64,000 nt of DNA from Epiperipatus broadwayi. Its lineage: Eukaryota > Animalia > Onychophora. A model generated the notes under the pieces. The model made no database searches, was not told the DNA's origin, and worked only from the letters and a program-made list of their open reading frames with translations. Both the position numbers and the translations under genes were made by a program. Where the stretch lies: the NCBI GenBank assembly GCA_028023455.1, contig JAQFVV010000003.1, positions 30,008,001-30,072,000 of the forward strand, given 5' to 3'. Positions 27,401 through 39,400 of this stretch are shown here, in pieces (positions within the stretch are counted from its first letter, which is position 1; each line of letters opens with the position of its first letter).

Positions 27401-30400
27401 TATATATATATAATTTTTTATAGTAAATTTATAATAAAGAAGAGCTAGCTTGCATGAAAAATGATGTTTGTACATTGGGTTAACAATAGTTAGCATGTTT
27501 AATTATTAATTAATAATGTTGTCATTTTAACAGAATGAAAATAGATTTTATTTAATCTTAAATAAAATTATGTTCTTTATCAATATTTTTAATAAATTTA
27601 AATTATTGCTAAAAAATTATAGTATTAAAAAAAGGGACTGCTTATGAGTTTCCAACAAATTTCTTTTTCCAGATGTAAAGTAAAGTCAAATGAATTTGAT
27701 TTTCCTAGACATTGCTCGAGTCATAGCAATAAATTGAGAACATAAGTACAATTTGATAGCCAGTGAGTTATGTAGATTGACAAAATCAAATTATGAACTA
27801 ACACATAATCAATGACTATTGAATCTAAGATTATAGTGATAGAATTACATATCTTAATAAAGTAATTATAAATCTATCTTCTGGTTAAGATTTCTACTGG
27901 TTATTCATGATATTTTGTTAACAGTTAAACGGACTACAAAAAAAAAAAATTCCGTATGTTAAATAAATAAATAATTATTAGTAATATACTAAAACAATGA
28001 TTTAAAAATAGTAAAAATTGCCTGGATCAATTCCTAACTGATGAAACGTAAAAAAAAAAAAAGATTAGGACAAATAAATAAAACTATAATTTGCTGCTTT
28101 TCTACTTGAATATTAACTGATCTCATAAAAGCTGAACAAAAAACAAATAAATTAGTTTGATTTTATTAAAAATGTTGTTACTTTCAATGACCACACAGTT
28201 CTTTGATCCAATTTATATAAACTACATATAATACATGATAATAAATATTTTATTAATAATAAGTAAATATTTTAAAATAATACTCAAATTCTTTCTTTTA
28301 TATTTATTATTATTATGATAGTTTGTTTGTGTTAAACAATCATTATGATAAAATTAAACTAATGTAAAAAAAAAAAAAAAAAGACTGATAAAGGATTTTT
28401 AATATGTTAAAATATACCACCATTCTTAATAGAAAAGCAATGAATTTGGCTATTATCTTAAAAAAAAAAAAAAAAGTCTAAATTCTTCTATTTTACATTG
28501 TTTATTAAAATAGAGACATATATATGTCTTCATAAAAAAAGAGAAGTGAAGTAGTTATAAATTAAGAAATATGAAAAATTGATGATGTTTACATATATTT
28601 CATTATTGTTTAGAAACTTTTTAGATATGCTACCCAATTTTGAAGAATTTTCATTGACCCAGCTAGCTCAACCAACAGAATGCAATTTACAACCTGAAGA
28701 AGTTCTCTTTGTTCCTGCTGGTTATCTGCATACAGTAGATAATTTAGATGATTCCCTTGCCATTTCTCTAATTTTGTTGATTATTCTAATATTAATTTGG
28801 TAAAGAATGGAGTAATAGATCCAACAATATCAGATTTATATCAACAGTTAGAATTATTATAATTCCCATCATGATTATACTAATAATACTCACTTTGCAT
28901 ATTTTTATTTACACTTTTTATTTTATATATGTATATATTATTCTGTAAATATTTTACATAATGATCTATTTAAGAAATGTAGCAATCTAGTAAAGTACAG
29001 AGATGTTAAAAGTATGTAAATGGTATTTGGTTAATTAATTAATAAACTGCAATTACATATAATGTTGGAAAAGAGCTGTCTTTAATTATATTAAAGTGAA
29101 GATTTTCATGATTAAATAAGTAAGTATATATCTTGGGATAATCCATGTATATGGTTGTTTATTATTATACAAAGATTGTATAGATATCTTCATCCAAGTG
29201 TTAAATGTCACTCAAGTAGTTGTTGCAAAAATGCTGTAAAACAAAAAAATGTTCAATTTAATTTATAAAATATATAATCTCAAATCTGTTATGCATGAGA
29301 CTGAGGTAATATTTGCCCAATAAAAAAAAAAATAGACGGGAAGAGATGATTAAAAATGATAAATTACATTTGAAATTTCTGATCCATTTCTGTGTTTCTT
29401 TTGGATATAATTTTATCTCAATCACATGCCTAATAGATTTTTTGATATCAAGCATGAAGATATTTATAAATTAAACAGAACAATTTTCTGTTTTTACAGT
29501 ATCTCTGCACTAATTATTTAAACGATTTCTACTACTCTGATAAAAATAGATATAATGAGGTTGTAACATCAGTATAACATGCATGGACAATTCACAGATG
29601 TTTACATATATACATAATGTTAAGCCACTAAACATCACATGATCACAATTTCTTATGCTTGCTCATAACTGTTATTAAAACAGGCAAAACTCTCCATACA
29701 GTCGTGCCACTCAGTGCAAGCCAGAGTAATCAATAGATGCCAGAAGGCTTGTGCATAAAATCCCTATCCAGTGCCTACTCATCCAATGTCCCCAGACTAA
29801 TTTCTGCTTGTGGCCTTCGTTAGTGAGGAGCCTTGCACCTAAATGCAGTGCTATCAGATCCAAGGTTCCTCATTGATGAAGGCCACAAGCCAGAAACTAG
29901 TCTGGGGATATTGGATGAGTAGGCACTGGATAGGGATTTTATGCACAAGCCTTCTGGCATCCATTGATTACTCTGGCTTGCACTGAGTGGCATGACTGTA
30001 TGGAGAGTTTTGCCTGTTTTAATATATGTTTTGAGATTAACTCATTGCATTTTTAAACTTAAGAAGATACCTCTTTAACTTTGTTCTGCTTCATATCAAA
30101 AGAATGTCTACAATGACTTTGATTTTTAGAAGGCATGAATTTTTTAATCAATCAGAAATTTATTGAATAGATATGATAATCAGATGTAAAAAATATTTTA
30201 AAAATAAACATTTACAATGAATTAATCTCAAAACATTACATTTAAATATTTAGCACTGTAAATTATTATTTATTAAATATATATATATAAACTGCAAACA
30301 CTGAAAAAGATACATAATATAATAAATATATTTAGAGGTACAAATAAACATTAAAAACTTTACCACTGAAATTTCATTATGGCTCACATCTAAATTTACT

Positions 30401-33400
30401 AATGAATATAATTTGGCGAGACCTGAAATAAAAAAAAAATATTAAAATGATTTTCCCCCCTATTATATAATTTACAATTATAACTTTAACATCTTCATCT
30501 AAAGTTCTATTTATATATATTTTTTAAATCACAATCCTACATATTAATTTCATGAATATACATGAAGGCAAAAAAACTTTTGACATATATTAAAAAGGTA
30601 TTATAAAAAGTTTATATTGTAACCTGAGGACCAGATAGACCAAAGAGTGAGAGAACAAAAGAAACTCTTCAATCAAGCACATCATGTTGGTCACCAAAAA
30701 CTGTCTATGTAACCTAGAAATTGATGAGTACCTTATGACCAATCGAAAGCCAGCATGTTGAGCAAGCTAAAAACTGGCTATGTAAATGACCCTAAACAAA
30801 GAGATGATAGCTAGCTGAACAATCAAAGGTTACATGAACAGGCACCATATAACATGGATTTTTACAATACCAGAATATGAGCCGTCTTGTAGACAATACC
30901 ACGGCTAAATATAATTATTAAAATACAAGGTTCTTCTATAATTCAAAATACCTTATCTTAATTCTTAAAATATCTTTATCCCAAATATAGATTCTTTTCA
31001 ATCTTAAATATCTCGTCTTATGTTTTAAAATATTTTTATGTCAAATATAAATTCTTTTTAATTATAAATATCTTGATCTCAGGATTCAAATTCAGAATAA
31101 AATGCACTTGGAACAAAATGTTAATAGTAATACTTTAACTTCTTAAAAAATATATGATAGTTATTATTTAAGCTAGACATAGGATATTTGACATTTCTCT
31201 TAGTTTATTTTGGAATCTTAGTATCTTAAGAAAGTAGAAATAAAATTGCATAATAACAATCAAATACTTAAGTAATATATAATTGATAACTTGAAAAACA
31301 TTTTAAATAGTTCACAATTATTTAAATGTAACTATTTCACTTCTATTGACTATAAAATACAGAAATTATATTTTCTGATGCATATTTGAATAAGCAATAT
31401 CTAAATAATTTAGAAGGCAATAAGGGCATCTTTTAGACTGCCAGCTATACAACAAGCACCTTTGAAATAAAGTAAATAATATAACATTTATCTTCTAAAA
31501 ATGCAGGTAAAATAATTATTAAGCAAAATGAATGTATAAACACTATGTGACCATTGAAATGTAGTCTTAAAAAAAGTAATGCAAATTTTATTAAAGTAGA
31601 TTTTCTATATAAATAAATGTGCTTATGCAATGAAATCATAATGTCAACAAAACAAAAAACATATTTAATTAATAATAAAATATTTATTTACAACATATAA
31701 TAATTATAATAAAAATATTTATTTACAATAATTATTATTATTTCTTTTAATCTACTATCTATAATTACAAATATTAACAACTTTATACATTGGCGTAACT
31801 TTCTTAAACTCATTTCTACAATTTTATCATATAAGTTATATTCACTACTTAATAGTTCTCTTATTCATCGAATATGATTTTTATTTCCAATCAGTTCCCA
31901 TAAAGTAAAACAATATACCTCTATGTCTTTGTCCAGGCTACTAGGAGATATTATACACTTTTCTTAATCAATAACAGTATTAAAAGTAACTGTGGAAAAC
32001 ACTTAATAAATGTTAATATGATATCAACAAATATTATGCAATATAAGACACTTATAACATTAACAATACCTATGTCGGAGTAAGAAAATAACTATGTTTG
32101 ACTTGATAATATACTTTAAGTTAAAAAATTATAATGGAGCTAATAAAGAATTGTAAAACTGTACATGCTGTGGATATACACCAAATATACTCTAATATTG
32201 AAATTCTAGGCATAGTGGATAAGGGAAATATAAGAAAGCAAAAATACAATTAAGTACCTGGTACTATATGAAGGCGGTGCCAATGAATGAACGAGCCATC
32301 TCTCATGGAAAGGGTCAATACATATAAAGGATTTATCTCAAAAATACTACTAATAATAAAAAGCATGGAGCTAATAATAGTAATAAATATATGAATGATT
32401 ATTCATCTTACATTCATATACAAGAGGCATACAATTCATTCACTTGGTTTAAGATTATATGTACACTAACAAAACTAGTATTGCGTAGTGACAACGGTCT
32501 ATTTATAAACTATTTAAAATTCTCACATATATATATATATATGGATATTTATAATACATTCATTCATGAAATACTTTTCATAATATTCAAAAGGCTGTTA
32601 TACCTCTGGGTACAATCATTTATAATTTTGAGTACTCATTCGGAAAAACTCTGGAATAATAAAACCAACACATAAAATAAAATCTGCTATATATCTTACC
32701 AATTTCACCTCTGGAACACTGTTTGTACAAACATATTTTTAATATTATAATTAATAATCATAACCTAATATATAGGTTATAGCTATAATAATTTTAAATA
32801 CATAAAAAAATATAGATGATAACTATAATACCATTTTAAGAAAGTAAAAGTTCATTTAAAATTGCTCTCTATGAAGTTTTATTATTATAAATTGACTGTT
32901 GTAAACAAATTATATTTATTCCTTTTCTAAATATAATAACAATATGTTTGAAGTAATCAGCAATTAAAAAAATATTCAAATAAATAAGTAAACTTGGGAT
33001 GAATAGTCTTTTCATTACGATAATTAAAAAGTTGGTTTTCATAAATTACTTTTATGATAATTTTATAGACAATTTTAAATAATTGTCACTGCTTCTTTTT
33101 TTATAGGCTTAATATTTTTATAGAAATTCATTGTTCTATACAGATAGATTATTTTTAATAGCAATAATTAGTATTAATAACTAATTAATAGTTAGTTAAA
33201 ATGTGCTGGAGATAGTCTTATCGTTCAGAATTTAACTAATGCTACATAACAAAGAAACAACATACTTTTCCTACATGACTTCTCTTTTCCTTTATATTTT
33301 TTGAAAAATATTAAAATTTTCTTTAGTATCTTTTAAAATTATTGTTTGATAAATCAGTTGAACATATGCTTTCAGGAGAAATACTGCAAGAATAACTTGC

Positions 33401-36400
33401 TAATTCTTTATCATGAAGATAATAAAAAATAAAACTTTAAACTTTAACATTGACTTAAAAAAGTCAAAACAAAATAATTTATTACCAAACTAAAATGAAG
33501 TTAAAATTTGAAATGAAGATTTTAAATTAAAGTGTAGTGTCGAAATTTTAAAAATATTTATTTTTATACTAGTGTGTGTCTTTTTTTCTTCACCCAGGCA
33601 CCAAGATCATTATTGCATTTCCTTTTTATCAAACCAATCATTTACAGGTCTACAATATATTTAAATTAATAGCCACTATTGACTTTTTAATTGACCTGGC
33701 CTTGACCTTTATACTTTAAATCCATACAATTTAATCATGTGACCATTTAGACAATAAACGAACTTGTTAATTAATAATTTTTATCAACTGATTTTAAAAT
33801 TAAACACTCTTTTTATTAAATATACTATTCTCAATTTATTTAATTCTTTGTACTTTATCCTAACTAAAACTTTTTAACAGTATAATATATGTACCCAATT
33901 TTAAAATACACTTATTAGTTTTAATAAGTCTTTTTAACTTTCAGTATTTCACAGGCATGCTCCAACCATTTACGCACATACATGTACATTATATATACCA
34001 TTTTTTAATACAATAAAAATAAATTAGTTATTGACTGACATTTAAAATCAATTAAAAATTAACACCAATCTCAGTCAATTATACTTACTATTTTCAAACA
34101 CTAATTTTAAATATTCTCACATAAATTGATACTTAATAAATCATAACTATTACTCTAAAATTATTTATTTTAATAATCAATAATTAAAAAATCCTAACAA
34201 AGGTAACTAATCATTTCAGACAACATAAAATAACTTTATCTAGTATATCTATTTGAAACATATTAAACCCTAAATTAACTGTTTTTTAGTTTAAAAATAT
34301 TAATTTTATTCTTTCAAGTAAATATTAAACAAATTAAGATAACTTTTTAAAATAACTGCTAACTAAATAGACAAACTGAATTACTTTAATTCATACTATT
34401 GAAACATAATTTAAGGTTTCTGTTATAATAGTACTTACTGTAATCTTCTAAAAAAATTTTTTTTAATGCTTTGAAACATATATCTAACCCACATGGTTAA
34501 ATATATGGTTACAATATATATATCTTACAAACATAAACATAGATTGTAATAGGCTATTTTAAAAAGTTTCCTTTGTAATGATTAGTTCTATAATATTCTT
34601 TATTGCTTCAACTTTATCTTTTGTGTAACACATGCCATTGACTTGATATCCCAAGTATTCTATTTCTGACGCTCCGACGCTACATTTGTCTTAATTGTTA
34701 TAATTAAACTTGAAAAGCTGCAATTCTTTAGGTAAATAAAATGTAGAAACCAAAAGACATTAATATTTATTCTTATATATGGTATAGAGTACTGGAAAGA
34801 TCAGAAGAACATTTGAAAGAGCTTGAAAACAACTGCTATCACAGAATTTTGAATTACAAATGGACAGCATCATATGAAGGAAAAAAGATCTGGCAGAGAT
34901 ATTTTGAATTTGTACTGAGAATGTCAAACTTTTATTTGTCTAGGCAAAGTTTGAATTGCAAGCTTTCTGATAAAAAGAGAAAAACTACATTTCTACCCTA
35001 CAATATTCTTAAAAGTCAGGGGGAAAAAAGCATACTTATAAAAACAAAGTTGAAAAATCTCTGAAATTAGATAGACTAGACTGATGATTAATCTTAACAT
35101 TATTATGATATGTTCCCAAGACATAATGATTTCCAGTCATCTCCCATTCTAGCTACAAGCATATTATTAATCAGCATAGCTAAAACTGTTGATACTTTTT
35201 CCAACAACCTTGAATCTATATTTGATTTTATCCAGCCTGGCTTCCCTCATTCTATATTCATATAAAAGTTGAAAAGATATATTAATCCTATTTAAAAGGA
35301 GACTTAATAATAACTTATAGTAACATCAGATTAGTGCCAATGTTGACAGCTAATTTAGTAATGATCAGTTATAATGCCTTATTTCTGGAAGTGATTTGAA
35401 GTCTGCTTCCAGAAAGCATAGACAATTACATAAACATGAATACACATGCATTTACATAATTTGACTACAGCAATTTACCTTGTAATGTTCCAAGTTTATT
35501 ATTGGCAAGTTTCAAAGTCTTTATATTTCCTAGTTTGGTATGCAAAGAGTCAATATAGCTAATGTTATTGTGGGACAAATCCAAATGCGTTAATGTGTAG
35601 AGACACTGCAAGTTTTCCACTTTTTCAATTTTATTATGACTAATATCAAAAACTTCTACATTCTTTAATAAATTCTGAAAAAAAAAAAAGAAATGTATGT
35701 ATATATATGAAAACTATGATAAGCCCATTACTGAAATATAATAAATTAAACATGGAAATAACATTGTTTCTTACATGGAAAAATAATAACTGTAATGCAT
35801 ATTTGATAATGAGCATTTTTATTAAAAACCAAATGAAATATTTTGTTTTTCTAAAAGGCGCTCAGCATCAGAAATGTCTTAAAGTATAGTATAACAGTCA
35901 GGGTGAGAAGTGGAAGTTTTAGTCTTACCGTATCTGCACTACAGGGCACCACTAGGTTACTTAAACCTAGAAAATTTATAGAGTAGGCAGATACACACTG
36001 TTAAGATCTAACTTTTATGTATATATTTTATTCTGACCATCAGCCCATGGAGACGCAGAGATTTATAAAATATAAATTCTTAAAATATCTTTTCAATATT
36101 AACAAAAATAAAAGAAGCCACACTCAGTAATTAACACACAAACATTTATTAATGCACACATAAATAAAATTGAGGAACAAAATTTATTATTTTAGGTTGG
36201 TTAGTAATTTTTAAATTTTTATTTTAAACAATCAGCACAGATGAATTTGATATATTTTTAAGTGTCGAGTATGAATAGACTACATAGATTGCATTTGAAA
36301 AGAAAATATTCTATCCCTTATTTAACCTTAGGTTCAAAAGTTCGCAGTCAAACTAACGTCAATCTATCTGATACATCGATGTATTCAATGCAGCATGAAT

Positions 36401-39400
36401 ATGATAGCAGAAATACCATACTGTCAGGAATGTACATCTGTGAACAGCATGGTTATCGAAGACATTGACTCTCATCCAGTACAGGAATACTACATCTGTC
36501 TGGCGAGAAGAACAAAAAAAAAAACTCCATAGGAAGGGACTGCGTTTCCCATCTTATTCCATTCCATAGGCTAAAAAGGGGTGATCCAAGGAGCAGGGAA
36601 TATTGTCTGTTTCCGATGGTCAATAAGAAAGGCTCATTTTGCCCAAGTGCGGCGTATAAGGTGATCCTGCACGTAGCGGACCTCATGCTACATTTACTAA
36701 TTACACCAATGTATCCAATCCATTGACCCAATTAACTATGAAACAAATAACCTAAGATTTACCCTCCCTTAATTAAACTAATATAACTTTACAAATCTAT
36801 GCAGCCATTCACGCCCGACTTAAATTTAGCATTTATTAAGTTTAGTTTAACGAAAAAACAAAAATCATAATAAAACTTAAAGGAACAAAAAAAAAATAAT
36901 GGAAATGATTTTTAGCAAACTCAAATGTATAAAAATTAAACATTAATAATAGATTTGAAAAGTCAGATTAAAGTTCATTAAAAAAAAAAATTAGGTTTAG
37001 CTTGTCAAATTTTGAAAGTTCTTAATTACTTTTTTAAAAATTTTTCCGTTTATATCTTACAGTAGAAGAGCTCCCAGCTCCTGTTGCCAATTCCCACAAA
37101 GACTTTCATGGAAGACCGGTCTGTTGTTCATACCGTAGTTCTCAATCCGGAGGCTGCCTTAGCTGTTCAATCCTGGTACTATTTATTTACAGTACCCATA
37201 TGATTCGGGGTCTGCAACAATACCATTCATAATTCAACAGTCATTTCATTTTTAAATAAGTGAGAGAGGGTGACAAGTGCATCTTATCACGCCTCTCAAA
37301 AAAAAATCAAGCTGGAACTGTTCTTAATTTGGATATGTTTCTTTTTATAGTAATCCTCTGGATTCATTGAACATAGTTTCCTGTTCCAATCATTTTCATT
37401 AAGGTCCGAGCATTGGTTTGCTGCTTCTATTGGACATCTAATTTTTTTTTGCTCTCTTATCTATATCTTTCATCTGACTTTTTTATATAAGAGCCCCAAA
37501 GGGCTAGTTTGCTTTTCATTTAATTTATAAAACAATCATTTCCATTTACTGAGATTACATAGAAATCTTTTAAAAAAATATTTTATCTTTAAATCTTGTA
37601 CTTTTTTTTATAAAAAAGTACGTTCAAATACTTTTTTTTTTATTTTAAAAAGAAAGTAATACTTTTAAAGTTTTCATTCCATCTGTGCGATATATTATAT
37701 ACATTAAACAACTTTTAATTTTCAGTTTTTGAGTTAAGTTTTTTTTTTTTTAATAATCAATTTTTATTTATAATCTTTTTATTTTAATTTAAAATAATGT
37801 AACGGCATATTATATACCATTACAATAGTAAAAGTTACAATTTATCCAAACCACTTCGAACACTTCTTAGCAAAACGTTTTATTTGTACATATTTACATA
37901 CACCTATGTTTTGACTGTAAAGTGAATTGGCTCTGAAGAAGACTGCAAGACAGTCGAAATGTAGGTGTATGTATATGTACAAATAAAAGGTTTTGCTGAA
38001 AAGTGTTCGAAGTGGTGTATTTATATAAGATATTACAGAAAGTGATTTTTTATAGTAAAAGTTCTTAACATTTTCTTTTGTAACAATGCTATTATTGTAT
38101 TTAAATTATATATTTATATTTTTTATGTTGAAGAATTCAAAAATATGCATTTATATATATATACACACACACTCTATGTGTTATAAAACTCTTTGGCTAC
38201 CTGGTAAAGTAAGTCGATATGACCAATAACACCAGGTTTAATAACTACAATAATTTTAACACAATGATGAATATAAAAAATATTTTAAGCTAAATATAAC
38301 ACTATAATAAAATATCAAAGCCATCTATTGGGCGTCAATCATGGCTATTCACAATATTATTCACATGTGTGGCCTGCATTTATTGAAAGAAAAAATAAAT
38401 TTAATTCAGAAATTAATAAAAATAGAGGGTATTTTTTCCTATTTAAATTTATGCATCTTCTGAAATCTATTCATTTTTTTCCTCGAAGAAGAGTACATGA
38501 ACACTAAATTAAGACTTTCTACTTTAAATAGATTACAAAACATTTGTTAATATACTATTAAAACATTATGAATAAATGCATTTAAGGGTTCTCTAATTAA
38601 GTCATTATTAAATCAAATGAAATAATACTTAACAGTCAAATTCTGAATTGTGAACAATGACATAACAAAGTTCACAAAAGTAATTTCAGATGAACTTTTT
38701 GAATGGCAATGCCAAGTCTGGTAACGTTAACTACAAGTGCTGTCATTCATAATGTCTTATGCTATAGCTTTGTTATATATTAATTACATAATTGGTTATA
38801 ATCAGCCATTAAGCTAATAAACATGCACTTTGTGGATTTTTAACTATAAATGAATACTCTCTCTTCCAAACACGATAAAATCTTTGTGAAAAGATAGAAT
38901 GAATCCATCTAACCTTTCAACCCAAACGTTTATGTATGGGCAAACCTTAAGCATTTGGGAATGAGAGCATGAAGATGTTAAGCGATCACTTTAAATTACT
39001 TTTACTATGCCTGAATGAATGACACTTGGGAAATTTTCTAGAATTTACGATACGTCATTCTTATTTGAAATTAAACATAAATAAATGAGATATTTATTTT
39101 ATATAGCGCTATCTTTTCACAAAGACTTTATCTTGTGTTTGGAAGTGAGAGTATTCATTTATAGTTAAAAACCCACAAAGTGCATGTGCATTAGCTTAAT
39201 GGCTGATTATTACTATTACAGTTTATAAAAACATAGTGCTATATAAAATAAATATCTCATTTATAATTGGTTATATGAAAATAAATTTGAATTTATCAAA
39301 TTGTAATAAATAGCATATATATATACACAGTTGTCTGATTTACTCTTTTTTTTTTTATATTGCAAATAAAAAGATTGCAATATAATTTCAGTCTTTTACA

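Noticed and set aside
28038-28049. ctgatgaaacgt as a hammerhead
   Set aside because: No helix II, arms or TSD; too short to exceed chance
32240-32330. Cytochrome b-like IGTAFM.Y motif (NUMT)
   Set aside because: Only about 7 residues match and the flanks are not collinear with cytb
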